Shown: positions 35,511 to 48,734 of the stretch, piece after piece
How positions within the stretch are numbered: the first letter of the stretch is position 1
How the letters are laid out: each line of letters starts with the position of its first letter
Assembly: GCF_044704955.1 (NCBI RefSeq)
Contig: NC_091979.1
Location: 109,926,001 to 109,990,000, forward strand
Reading direction: 5' to 3'
Origin: Pristiophorus japonicus
Lineage: Eukaryota
DNA length: 64,000 bases
Translations under genes and position numbers: made by a program
Notes under the pieces: generated by a model
The model's input: the letters and a program-made list of their open reading frames with translations, nothing else
Databases searched by the model: none
What the model was told of the DNA's origin: nothing

Positions 35511-36925
35511 GGGCTGGATTTTCAGCTGATTTGCGCCCCATTTAGTGCCTCGGCAGTGCGCAAAAATGATTTTTTTGGGTGTGAAACAAGGCACACAAGA
35601 ATTTGCGCTCGAGCGGAACTTTCGCCAATGGTTTTACCGCTCCGCCGCTGTTTTCACCGTTGGGCTGGTGTAAATCATTGTGCATTGCTGCACTAGTGCC
35701 CCGGGCAGAACTTTCGAGCTTTTCGCCCGATTTAGTGTCTGCCCAAGAACCCACCCATAAAAACTAGGTAGACCCAGGGCACATCAGGCGCTAACGGCAC
35801 CATGTTGAAAGTGAAGGAGAAAGTCGCAGTTTTGAGTGATTAAAAGGATTGGGAGAAGAATGCTGCGTTACTGCATACCTTTGATTGTGAAGTTTATGTG
35901 ACTTTCTCATTTGTTTTATCATCGCCGTGTCTCATCGCTGAGTGCATGCAGAAAACAAGCGCAGGCAGCGGAAAAAATGTGCTGCAAACCTGTCCCACCC
36001 TCCCTTACCCTCAACGACTGTCTGTCCTACTGTGGCAAGGACTGTGACTCTCCTATTGGACTGTTCAGCCATCTAAGGACTCATTCTAAGAGTGGAAGCA
36101 AGTCTTCCTTGATTCTGAGGGACTGTCTATGATGATGATGATGATGATGAATTTGGTCTGGAGTCCTTAATTGGAGGATTGGGTCAAGGAATGCAGAGCC
36201 TGGAGTCTACGATCAGTAGTTGCGGTGGGGCGGGGGTGGAGGGTTGGAGTTCGCGATTGTGGGTCAGGCCAAGGGATGTGGGGGGGGGGGGGCGGTCTGA
36301 AGTCCACGATCGGGTTTTGGGGGGTCCTGGAGTGGTGGTGATGTGGGGGGTGGGTGAGGATGGGTGCAAGAGCTACGATCAGGTACTTTATTGTGGGTAG
36401 GGAGTAGCACTCCTTCTCCTCCTGGCTCCACATTCTCTACCACAGAAAGTGGTTGAGGCCAATTCACTAAATATATTCAAAAAGGAGTTAGATGTAGTCC
36501 TTACTACTCGGGGGATCAAGGGATATGGTGAGAAAGCAGGAATGGGGTACTGAAGTTGCATGTTCAGCCATGAACTCATTGAATGGCGGAGCAGGCTCGA
36601 AGGGTCGAATGGCCTACTCTATGTTTTTATGTTTCTATGTAAGTCACTTACCTCCTTGGTTGCAGGTGATCCCCAAGGCTGGTTCCCCCGAGTGCAGCTT
36701 GCAATGGTGCTGGCAAAAAATTGTTGGTGTGGGGACCGCAAGCAGGCGTTAGGCCCCTTATTTGCATATCCAAAGAGCCTTATGCCTGCTTCAGGTGTAG
36801 GTAAAAGACACCTCTTGTTTGTCCTTACCAGACTGAAAGTATGCAAGCACTTTCTGCCTGCCATTTGGGGCCTTAGGCTGTGCAGCTCCTGAGAAATGGG
36901 TGCGAAACAGCCCAATTTCTAGGTC
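35511..36925. mobile_element. Composite of GC-rich DNA-transposon-like pieces with an RTE tail (35930-36150, +) and a CR1 tail (36432-36640, +)
   Basis: GGGCTGGATTTTC start and CCCAATTTCTAGG end. GAGGGACTGTCTAT(GAT)n is the RTE tail; the CR1 tail ends ATGTTTCTATGT. Confidence 0.55.
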
Positions 36926-38418
36926 TGTGTATTGGGGACAGTGTTGGAAATTTTAAAAAACTAAAAGTGAAAAACCAATACTGAAAATAAAACATTGTAA
37001 ATTCAATAATATCTAAAGAATAATTATGTTTCAACTCATTGTGTCCACAAATAAAAAGAGGGTGACTGAACTATAGGTTTGTAAGATTGCCACTGTGTAC
37101 TGCTGTGGTGGTTAAATTTTCTATCTGACATTAAATGTTATCTGGTTGTCATTCTTACCTTCAACAAGTATTTAGGAGACTGTATTTGAAAAGTAAATAG
37201 AATAAAAAATAATCAACAATATAACAAGAAAATTCAGAAACAAAGCAACAGAAGATCAGCATTGTAAGTAAGATTAAATACAAAGGTAAATGCTGCAAAG
37301 ATGATCATTTTCACAATAACTACATCATGTTGCTTCAAACCCTTTCATTACTACTTTCATCTTGCGTTCTTAATTTTTCTCAGTATGTTGTTTAACAGGC
37401 AGCATTTATAATTTGTATTGAAAACTAACTTACTTGGAGTGAACTACTGTAAATAAAAATTCAATGTTCCTATAAAAATCTGCATTAACAGACATAACAT
37501 CAAAGCATTTGAACTCATCACATGACCAAATAAATATCGGTCTTTCTGATTAGAGCAGTAGCGAGGTTCATTATTTAGTCTCTCACATCGTGGTGTGAAT
37601 GCAATCACCAAGGAGATTTTTGGATCAGACTTATTTCTCACAGCTTGTATTCTTCTTTTTCAGGGAAACCCAGAAATAATTCTGGATTTACACAGGATAT
37701 CATGACTTTACAATTTGCAATTTGTTTTTAAACATCAAGCTAAACAGCCCCTGCTTGATGAAAAGGTTACATGTTAAAGTATAGTAATATGTACATATTG
37801 GATTTGTGCTGGCTGTGTTCATTGATTGGTTTGACTTCAGTTGTTTTCTTTGAAGATATAGTAGCTAGAGGGATAGGTATAAGTCCTGGTGACTCACACC
37901 ATAGGATGGAAATGAAGAACCCAAGAACTAAGCTTTGATGTCAATGTAAATGTAAAGTGCATATGAAATGCAGTTTGATACTATGCAATTAAAATTGATC
38001 AAATCTAAACTTTAGGTTTAACTACTAAAAAGTAAATATTTTCATTACAGTTGGGTCAGCTGTTACTGTCAACAGTTTAAGTGTATTGCATCTTAGAATT
38101 GAACTTTAAAGACAGTAAGAGAAAGTTATTAATGTCTCTATTAATAAACTCTATTCTCCCAAAACTGTTTATATAAATGTAAATTTCTTCATTTGGTCTC
38201 GTGAAGAATTTAATTCACAATACACTTTTTCAGTTCACGGGTGTAACAGGAAACACAATTTGTATTAAAGTAAAAAAGGAGGATAAGGGTATAAGGATCA
38301 TTATCAAAATGGGTTTATTAAAAATGAACAAGAAGTAAATTATAGTCTTACATATATCTCACAATGCTAATTAGAAGGCATTCCCTATTTCAAAGAACCA
38401 GTTATAAAACATACAAAC

Positions 38419-38498
38419 CTTGTTGCGGCCTGCATTAAGCTGTGGAGGTAATGACCTAGATGCTGCATTTACTCTCGCTCTTGACTGTGCTAAGTTAC
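38419..38498 (-). CDS. MYO3B: Myosin IIIB exon (80 nt), not in the ORF track
   Basis: Manual translation gives (G)NLAQSRARVNAASRSLPPQLNAGRNK, matching recalled human [27 protein letters not shown]. Acceptor tttcag, donor gtttgt; in frame with the next exon. Confidence 0.9.
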
Positions 38499-39189
38499 CT
38501 GAAATGAGAGAAATCAAAGTAGTTTTATGTAAGCGATGTTAAAGAAGAGATATTAAATAAGCATGTGTGATACACTCAGGATATGTCAAAGTTTTAGTAT
38601 GTCGAGCACAAGATGTCCAAATGTTTTCTCTGGCTACATCTTCAGAGGCTAAACTGTGATTAATAGCAATGAAAGGAGCCTTTGAAGCAGGATTGGTGAC
38701 ATCAAAGTCTTAATCCATGGGTGGCAGGATTTTTTTAATGAGTGGGATACATTCTAACACATTTCAACGAATTTACAGCATGAATAAACAATAGGTCACT
38801 GCAGATATTTCACACACCTTTCAGCAAATACTATGACCAAGGCTGAGATACAATTCTCAATTTAAATATGCAGTGTAATAGCAGCATCCTCAGATTAAAA
38901 AAAACTTTGGAGAATCACGCAACAGGTGGTAACAACATTTCTAAGTTACATACTTCAATATGCTTTTGGAAAATAATAAAGTAAATAATGTTTCCACAAC
39001 AATTGTTGCCATATATTGCCAAAACAGTGTTATAACCTGCAGCAAAGCCACTTCAGCTGTGGCTCAGGTAGTTATTTCATTTGCATTTTATTTAATGAAA
39101 GTATGTTTAGTTTTAAACTAAACATTTATTATCTTAAATGGTGCACAATCCTTTTCTCCTGCGTGATGCTTTCCTATATTAAAAAATAA

Positions 39190-39625
39190 GAAAGGTAGAC
39201 TTGAATTTATATAGCGCCTTTCAAGATGTCCCAAAGCTCTTTACAGCCAATGAAGTACTTTTTTGAAGTGTAGACACTGTTGTAATGTAGAAAACGCAGC
39301 CAATTTATGCACAGCAAGCTCCCACAAACAGCAATGTGATAATGACCAGATAACCTGTTTTAGCGATGTTGATTGAGGGATAAATATTGGCCAGGACACT
39401 GGGGATAACTCCTCTGCTCTTTTCTGAAATAGTGCCATAGGATCTTTTACGTGCACCTGCGAGAGCAAACGGGACCTCGATTTAACGTCTCATCTGATAG
39501 ACAGTACCTCCGACAATGCAGTCTCTCCCTCAATATTGACAGGAGTTTGCACTAGATTTTTGTGCTCAAGTTTCTGGAGTGATACTTGAATCCACAACCT
39601 GCTGATTCAGGCGAGGGTGCTACCA
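39190..39625 (-). mobile_element. Deu-domain SINE (head partly deleted)
   Basis: Reverse complement of the 43640-44112 SINE body and tail. Confidence 0.85.
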
Positions 39626-41344
39626 AAAGGCTCTATATAGCTGCAGGTTACTGTAAGCATCATCTCTCCAAAAAAAAAATTAGCGCTGAGTGTTGTAGGG
39701 CATTTGTGCCTTTCTTTTCAAAATACGGTACTAACTACTGCATTAAATCTATTAACAGCCAAATACCTCACCTAACTCGATAATAACCAAATACCAATAC
39801 TATACTTAAGAGTATAAACGTCCTTAGTTCCATTTTTTCTTTACTGGAACCAGTTCCCCTAACCTGATGATCCATTCAATGCCACAAGTTCCCCAAACAT
39901 CAAGGTCATTGAGTACAGACAACACAGTGAAATCTACACATCTCTCGCTGACTGCACAGCTGCAATATAAAAACATTTTGAGTTAAGTTGCTGTATCAGG
40001 ATATCTATAGAGGTTATGACTTGCTTCTGCATAAATTTTGAACAAATGTTTGCAGCCATCGTGTATCAATGAAATGACACTCACTAAGAATACTTTTATA
40101 TCATTATTAGCACGTCTTCCATGGCGTTGCCCATGGTAAACTGGAGGATACCCAGTTTTTTAAATTATAGGGGTGTTATCAACAAAATGTGTCAGGATAA
40201 GTGTGACACAGCAAGTGTATGCTATCAGCAAAGCTTTTAATATATAACTGTGTGCTTATGAAAAGTGCAAATTAAAAGTACACCATATTTTCTCTGATCT
40301 GATTCTTAACAACTAAGTTATCTTAAAAAACATTTCCATAACTACAAAACTAATAAATAAATGTGTATCTAGTTTGGAAATCATTTTAATGAATAATCGT
40401 CTGTTATTTTTCGAATATAATTAAACAAAACTGAATCACTCAACGGAAGCAATGTGTTCTCTAGCTGTACTACAACGACTGGAGGACCCCTGCTGGTTCT
40501 GCTGTTGAATTACAGGCTGATGAATTCCAGTAACCCTTTGTTTTCCAGTTGTCATCATTACATTATCTAAATAATTTTGCAACCAGTGCAAAATATCTAT
40601 TTTCTAATATTTTAAAGTGTTAGTTTCCTTGTAGACGAGTTGAATTAGTAACAAAGACTGAATAGACAAGTACTCAAGTAGTGATGTTGTACTTACTAGT
40701 TTTATACAAGTTACAGCTGTTAGGAGGGACGATATGTTACAAGGATCAATCAAATGAGGCCATATACGTTGAACTGAAGAACGAAAAAGGGGCAGTCATA
40801 CTGCTGGGAGTATATATAGACCCCCAAAGAGTCAGAGAGAGATAGAAAAACAAACATGTAGGAACATTTCTGAGAAAGCTGCTTCCACTTATGTCTGTCT
40901 CAGGGAATCTTTCAATAGTCCTATACAGCCTTTAACGGTCCTCTGACTTCTACCTTATCTCAGAAAGCTTTTATCATTTCCAATATCCCCTTCTCCGATG
41001 TATGACAGAGGTACTAAATGATTACGTTGCATCATTCTTTACTTATGAAGACGATGCTCAACTATCAACAATAAGTCGCATTATCCTCTTCTCTATTGAT
41101 CTTTTAGCTGCTCTAATAACAGCTTTTGTTTCCTTTAATTGTACACATTTGTCTTTGTTTTCCTGTTGCCTGATAAGACTCTATATAAATATAAGTTTCT
41201 TTCTTTCCCATTTGTGAATTTGACTGATGGAATAATGAACAACAAAGCTATAAATTGATTATGGTTGTCAGGTTGACTCAATATTAGTATTGTAAATTAC
41301 TGACTGGAGTCATTTGTGCTATTTACACTATGGTCTGGACTTTC

Positions 41345-42930
41345 TTTCCAATTACCATGTTTTGGAACAGTAAATGGAGGTCAATGAAATTAGTGTGAGG
41401 CCATTACAATGGATTAAGAATTGGCTGCATGCCAGGCAGAAAGTTGTCAATGGCTGTGGATCTGCTTCGAGTCCATTTACCAATGATGTCCCACAGGGAT
41501 CGGTGTTAGAGCTACGGAGAACTACTGTCTTTATTAATGACTTAGATGTAGGTGTTAGAAGTATTATACGCAAGTTTGCGGATGATACCAATATCGGTGC
41601 AAATGTTAGGACGTTAGAGGAGACCAAACTACTGCGAGCAGATCTAGCTATGGTGGGGGAATGGGCTAATGTTTGGCAAATGGTACGCAATTTAGACAAG
41701 TGCAGAGTTATGCAGATGGTCAGGATTAATGCGAGATATACATATACCTTGCATGAAATGGGACAAGAAAAAGACCAGGGGCCTGAATTTGATCACCCTA
41801 CCGCAGGCTGCCGCGGAGTTTTTTCGGCAGTCTCCCCGTTTTTTTCGGCGTTCTCCCCTCCATGCGAGATTGGTGAGGCCCTCACACCTGTTTGAAAGGA
41901 CCACTGGGGAGCGTCTGCTGACGTGCGATGGCATGCAATGCTGAAAAAAGTCGTCCCACCCGCGATTCATCCGAGCGGTCCTCCGCTCCTGCAGGAGAAA
42001 AGACCACCGCGTGGAGCAGGTCTTACCTGGACGGTAGGTATAAAGACCTGCAAGAAAAGCTTAGTGAGATGTTTTTCTTTAATTCTTTTGCAGCGATTTT
42101 GTTTGAAAAGGTTCTCTGAAGGTTTTGTCATGTTTTGCTTTTTATTTGTTGAACATTTTTTTTTTGCATTCCCCCTCCCTGGGCCCGACTCCAGCCTCGC
42201 CGTTACTTTGTTGAGGATTGCATTTGCCGCCCAGCATCTGACCTACCACTCGCTACCACTCAGAATCACCGTGTAATGTCCATTTTTTTCGGCGGGCGTT
42301 TTTTCCCCGATTTTTTCACCAAACTGCCACTCAAAGTACCGTTAGGATCTTAGCGGTCTTTTCGACAGTAAATGGGCAGAACTTGGCTTTGATCAAATTC
42401 AGGCCCCTGGTGCCACAATTCATAACCTTTTAAAAGTTCACAACCAATGCAGTAAATGTATACCTAAAGCAAATAGGGTTCTGGGCTGCATCCACGGAAC
42501 TATTTAACATAAAACAAAACATTCCATTTTATCCTAATCCAAGATCTTGGATGAGGCCTCATTTAGAATACTGTGCCCAGTTTTGGTGCCCCCACATGCT
42601 GAGGGATATTGAGGCTTTGGAATAGGTTCAGAGGAGGGCCACGAGATTGATTCCCAGCTTAAAACACCATAGCTAGCTAGATAGCTTTAAAAAGCTGACT
42701 ATATACGCTTTAGAGAAATGCCGACTTAGGGGCAATTTGATCAAGGGCTATAAAACAGTGAAGGAATTAGATTGTGTCCTTGCTGACAAATTATTTCAAT
42801 TAGATAGGTTGGGGACAATCTTATAAGTTCCATAAGAGTAGAACAATATTAGATGTTAGACGGTTCTTCTTTACCCAGAGAATAATAAACTTGCCTACAC
42901 GTATGGTGAGTGCTGAATCATTGGATAACA
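41345..42930 (+). mobile_element. Old CR1 RT fragment split by a MITE
   Basis: DVPQGSVL and KFADDT motifs. Continues after 42409 with a decayed RPHLEYCAQFW-like region. Confidence 0.8.
41779..42406. mobile_element. Harbinger-type MITE, 628 bp
   Basis: Perfect 17-bp TIR GGGCCTGAATTTGATCA / TGATCAAATTCAGGCCC, flanks CAG/CTG, CpG-rich interior. Confidence 0.9.
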
Positions 42931-43224
42931 TCAGAATTATCATCGCCTGCTGTGAGCTTCACAACTTTACCATTAATGAAGGGCAGTGGTTTAATATAGT
43001 TAAAGAGCAGGCATTGGCTGCAGATGATCCTGGGCCAGAACATGTGGATGATATCCACTGAGGTATCATCAGTGACAGCTGCGAGGGACATTAGAGGGCA
43101 GATCCTCTGAAGTATTCACTACATGATTCAGTCTATCTGGACACTATAGCCTGACCTTCTTCTTACTCACTTACAAATAAAGGTATTCCCTCAAACCACT
43201 ATCACAAGACAAAACAAAAACCTT

Positions 43225-43447
43225 CTTGTTAACCTATGGAATTCCCTGCTGCAGAGAGTTGTTGATGCCAGTTCATTGGATATATTCAAGAGGGAGTTAG
43301 ATATGGCCCTTATGGCTAAGGGGATCAAGGGGCATGGAAAGAAAGCAGGAAAGGGGTACTGAGGGAATGATCAGCCATGATCTTATTGAATGGCAGTGCA
43401 GACTCGAAGGGCCGAATGGCCTACTCCTGCACCTATTTTCTATGTTT
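43225..43447 (+). mobile_element. CR1 3' tail fragment
   Basis: GATCAGCCATGATC..GGGCCGAATGGCCTACTCCTGC..TTTCTATGTT. Confidence 0.85.
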
Positions 43448-43639
43448 GCCCCAACATGACTATGCCAATAATCATCACCTGAGTGAATAAGTCAGCATCT
43501 AACAAGTTCTTCCTTTTCTGTATAATTGTAATCTTCATGAATGACAAACGAGAAGATAAGTGCATGTTCTACTTTCACACAATAATGGCCATATACAAAC
43601 AGTCACTCTATTCTTTCCTAACACCATGCCTAACACCAG

Positions 43640-44112
43640 TGTCAGCGGTGGTTCAGTGAGTAGCACTCTCGCCTCTCTGCGTCAGAAGTTTGTCGGTTCA
43701 AGTCCCACTCCAGGGACTTGAGCACAAAAAAATCTAGGCTGACACTTCAGTGCAGTGCTGAGGGAGTGTTGCATTGTTGGAGGTGCCATCTTTCAGATGA
43801 GATATTAAACCGAGGTCCCATCTGCTCTCTCAGATGGATGTAAAAAATCCCATGGCACTATTTCAAAGAAGAGCAGGGGAGTTATCCCTGGTGTCCTGGC
43901 CAATATTTATTCCTCAATCAACATAACAAAAACAGGTTATTTGGTCATTATCATATTGCTGTTCATGGGAGCTTGCTGTGCGCAAATTCGCTGCCGCGTT
44001 TTCCACATTACAACAGTGACTGCACACCAAAAGTACTTTGTTGGTTGCAAAGCACTTTGAGACGTTCGCTGGTCGTGAAAGGCACTATATAAATGCAAGT
44101 CTTTCTTTCCTC
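43640..44112 (+). mobile_element. Full-length tRNA-derived Deu-domain SINE (SacSINE1-like)
   Basis: A and B boxes (TGGTTCAGTGAG, GGTTCAAGTCC), Deu core, and an L2-like tail GGCACTATATAAATGCAAGTCTTTCTTT. Confidence 0.9.
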
Positions 44113-44199
44113 TTGGTGTTTAGATAAACCTTTCTATCTCCTATTCTAGTGCTTCTTCTAAATGCCATCTAAAGACCAGGATTACAGAAGATGGTTTGC

Positions 44200-47100
44200 T
44201 CCTCATGTGGTTGCAAGGTGATCAGGACTGGGAACTAAATATTCTGGGGTATTTGACAATTCGGAAGAACAGACAGAAAGGAAAAGGAGGTGGTGTAGCA
44301 CTGCTAATAAAGGATGGGATCAGTGCATTAGTGAGAAACGATATTGGCTCAGAGGATCAAGAGATTGAATCAATTTGGGTGGAGATAAGGAATAATAAAG
44401 GGAAAAAGTCGCTGGTGGGCATAGTCTATAGGCCACCTAGCAGTAGCTACATGGTTGGATGGAGTATAAATCAAGAAATAATGGAGGCTTGTAAAAAAGG
44501 AACGGCAATAATCATGGGTGATTTTAACCTTCATATTGATTGGACAAAGCAAATTGGCCAGGAGAGCCTTGAGGAGGAGTTCATAAGTGTATCCGGGATA
44601 ATTTCCTTGAACAGTATGTTGCGGAATCAACTAGGCAGCAGGTTATCTTAGATCTTGTGTAATGAAGCAGGATTAATAAATGACCTCATAATAAAAGACC
44701 CTCTAGGAATGAGTGACCATATGGTTGAATTTCAAATTCAGTTGGAGGGAGAAAAGTTGGTTCTCAAACCAGTGTCCTAAGCTTAAATAAAGGGGACTAC
44801 AAAGATATGAAGGCAGGGTTGTTAAAGTAGACTGGGAAAATAGACTAAAGTATGGGACGGTTGAAGAGCAGTGGCAGACATTTAATGAGATATTTCATAA
44901 CTCGCAACTAAAAGATTAGTGAAGACAAATGTAGGTCCCTTGCAGTCAGAATCAGGTGAATTTATAATGGGGAACAAAGAAATGGCAGAACAATTGAACA
45001 AATACTTTGGTTCTGTCTTCACTAAGGAAGACACAAATAACCTTCCGGAAATACTAGGGGACAGAGGGTCTAGCGAGGAGGAGGAACTGAAGGAAATCCT
45101 TATTAGTCAGGAAATTGTGTTCAGGAAATTGATGGGATTGAAGGCCGATAAATCCCCAGAGCCTGATAGTCTGCATCCCAGAGTACTTAAGGAAGTGGCC
45201 CTAGAAATAGTTGGTGATCATTTTCCAACAGTCTATCAACTCTGGATCAGTTCCTATGGATTGGAGGGTAGCTAAAGTAACCCCACTTTTTAAAAAAGGA
45301 GGGAGAGAGAAAACAGGGAATTATAGACATCGGTAGTGGGGAGAATGTTGGAATCAATTATTAAAGATGTAATAGCAGCATATCTTGGAAAGCAGTGACA
45401 GGATCAGTTCAAGTCATGCGTGACAAATCTTCTAGAATTGTTTGAGGATGTAACTAGTAGAGTGGACAAGGGAGAACCAGTGGATGTGGTGTATTTGGAC
45501 TTTCAAAAGGCTTTTGACAAGGTCCCACACAAGAGATTAGTGTGCAAAATTAAAGCACATAGTATTGGGGGTAATGTATTGACGTGGATAGAGAACTGGT
45601 TGGCAGACAGGAAGCAAAGAGTAAGAATAAACTGGTCCTTTTCAGAATAGCAGTCAGTGACCAGTCAGGTACCGCAAGGTTCAGTGCTGGGACCCCAGCT
45701 ATTTACAATATACATTAATGATTGGGATGAAGGAATTGAATGTAATATCTCCAAGTTTGCAGATGAAACTAAGCTGGGTGGCAGTATGAGCTGTGAGGCG
45801 GATGCTAAGAGGCTGCAGGGTGACTTGGACAGGTTAGGTGAATGGGAAAATGCATGGCAGATGCAGTATAATGTGGATAAATGTGAGGTTATCCACTTTG
45901 GTGGCAATAGCAGGAAGGCAGAATATTATCTGAATGGTGACAGATTAGGAAAAGGGAAGGTGCAACGAGACCTGGGTGTCATGGTACATCAGTCATTGAA
46001 AGTTGGCATGCAGATACAGCAGGCGATGAAGGTGGCAAATGGCATGTTGGCCTTCATAGCAAGAGGATTTGAGTATAGGAGCAGGGAGGTGTTATTGCAG
46101 TTGTACAGGGCCTTGGTGAGGCCACACCTTGAATATTGTGTCCTGTTTTGGTCTCCTAATCTGAGGAAGGACATTCTTGCTATTGAGGGAGTGCAGCGAA
46201 GGTTCACAAGACTGATTCCCTGGATGGCAGGACTGACATATGAAGAAAGACTGGATCAACTAGGCTTATATTCACTGGAATTTAGAAGACTGAGAGGGGA
46301 CTTCATAGAAACATATAAAATTCTGACGGGATTGGACAGCTTAGATGTAGGAAGAATGTTCCCGATGTTGGGGAAGTCCAGAACCAGGATAAGGGGTAAG
46401 CCATTTAGGACCGAGATGAGGAGAAACTTCTTCACTCAGAGAATTGTGAACATGTGGAATTCTCTCCCACAGGAAGTTGTTGAGGCCAGTTTGTTAGATA
46501 TATTCAAAAGGGAGTTAGATGTGGTCCTTACGGCTGAAGGGATCAAAGGGTATGGAGAGAAAGCAGGAAGTTGCATGATCAGCCATGATCATATTGAATG
46601 ATGGTGTAGGCTTGAAAGGCTGAATGACCTACTCTTGCACCTATTTTCTATGTTTCTATATAAAAATATATCCCAATGAGAAGGAAAGACTGTAAGAGAA
46701 GGGCTAACCATCTGCGGCTAACTAAGGAAATAAGGGAGGGAATCAAACTGAAAACAAGCACCTACAATGTGGCCAAGACTAGTGGGAGGCCAGAGGATTC
46801 AGAAATGTTTAAAAGCCAACAGAGGACGACTAAAAATAATGATTAAAAGGGAGAAGATAGATTTTGAAAGTAAACTAGCAAGGAATACAAAACAGATTGT
46901 AAGAATTTCTACAGGTACATAAATAGGAAAAGAGTGGCTGAAGTAAATGTTGGTCCCCTGGAGAATGAGACTGGGAAATTAATAATGGAGAACAGGGAAA
47001 TGGCAGAGATATTGAATAAACATTTTGTAGCGGTCTTCACGGTAGAAGACACTAAAAACATCCCAATAGTGGACAATCAAGGGGCTATAGGGAGGCAGGA

Positions 47101-48732
47101 ACTTAATACTGTCATTATCACTAATGAAGTAGTGCAAGGTAAAATAATGGGACTAAAGCCGAACAATTCCCCTGGACCTGATGGCTTACATCCAAGGGTC
47201 TTAAGAGAAGTGGCAGCAGAGATAGTGGATGCATTGGTTGCAATCTACCAAAATCCCCTGGATTCTGGGGCGGTCCCAGGGGATTGGAAAACCGCAAATG
47301 TAACGCCCCTATTTAAAAAAGGAGACAGACAAAAAGCAGGAAACTATAGACCAGTTATTGTCATTGGGAAAATGCTGCAGTCCATTATTTTGGAAGCAGT
47401 AGGGGAACATTTGGAAAAGCATGATTCAATCAAGCAGAGTCAGCATGGTTTTATGAAAGGGAAATCATGTTTAACAAATTTGCTTGAGTTCTTTGAGGAT
47501 GTAATGAGCAGAGTGGATAAAGGGGATGTGGTGTATTTGGATTTCCAGAAGGCATTCGATAAGGTGCCATATAAGAGGTAACTGCACAAGACAAAAGCTC
47601 ACGGGGTTGGGGATAATATATTAGCATGGATAGAGGATTGGCAAACTAACAGAAAACAGAGAGTTGGGATAAATGGGTCATTTTCCAGTTGGCAAACAGT
47701 GACTAGTGGGGTGCCACAGGGATCAGTGCTGGGGCCTCAACTACTTACAATCTATATTAATGACTTTGATGAAGGGATCGAATGTAATGTAGCCAAGTTT
47801 GCTGATGATACAAAGATGGGTGGAAAAGCAAATTGTGAGGAGGACATAAAAAATCTGCAAAGAGATATAGACAGGCTAAGTGAGTGGTCACAAATTTGGC
47901 AGATGATGAATAATGTGGGAAAATGTGAGGTTATCCACTTTGGCAGAAATAATAGAAAAGTAAATTATAATTTAAATGGAGAAAAATTGCAAAGTGCTGC
48001 AGTACAGAAAGACCTGGGGTCCTTGTGCATGAAACACAAAAAGTTAGTATGCAGGTACTGCAAGTAATAGGAAGGCAAATGGAATGTTGGCCTTTATTGC
48101 AAGGGGGATAGAGTATAAAAGCAGAGAAGTCCTGTTACAACTGTACAGGGTATTGGTGAGGCCACACCTGGAGTACTGCGTGCAGTTTTGGTCTCCGTAT
48201 TTAAGGAAGGATATACTTGCATTGGAGGCTGTTCAGAGAAGGTTCACTAGGTTGATTCTGGAGATGAATGGGTTGACTTATGAGAATAGATTGAGTAGTT
48301 TGGGCTTATACACATTGGAATTCAGAAGAATGAGGGGTGATCTTATTGAAACTTGGAAGATAATGAGGGGGCTTGACAAGGTGGATGTAGAGAGGATATT
48401 TCCACTCATAGGGGAAACTAAAACTAGGGGACATAGTTTTAGAATAAGGGGCCGTCCATTTAAAACTGAGATGAGGAGAAATTTCTTCTCTCAGCGGGTT
48501 GTAAATCTATGGAATTCGCTGCCCCTGAGAGCTGTGGAGGCTGGGTCATTGAATATATTTAAGGCAGAGATAGACAGATCTTTGAATGATAAAGGATTAA
48601 AGGGTTACGGGGTGCGGGCAGGGAAGTGGAGCTGAGTGCATGATCAGATCAGCCATGATCTTACTGAATGGCGGAGCAGCCTCGAGGTTCCAAATGGCCT
48701 GCTCCTGCTCCTATTTCTCATGTTCTTATATT
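44200..48732 (+). mobile_element. Near full-length CR1 ORF2 (APE endonuclease and RT), interrupted by a second CR1 at ~44912-46660
   Basis: GGGVAL, VYRPP and MGDFN endonuclease motifs, then RT ORFs 46934-48635 and a 3' tail. Sequence is continuous across the insertion at TAAAA. Confidence 0.9.
44912..46660 (+). mobile_element. 5'-truncated CR1 nested in CR1
   Basis: RT ORF 45657-46601 (PQGSVLGP, FADE) with its own tail TTTCTATGTTTCTAT. Confidence 0.88.
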
Positions 48733-48734
48733 CT

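Noticed and set aside
36150-36430. Pro/His-rich ORFs and G-quadruplex-like tract
   Set aside because: Low-complexity G-rich interior of a transposon-like composite, with no coding evidence.
39863-39955. Possible C/D-box snoRNA or hammerhead (CTGATGA...CTGA)
   Set aside because: It is antisense to the host gene, has no convincing terminal stem, and no short stem II/GAAA.
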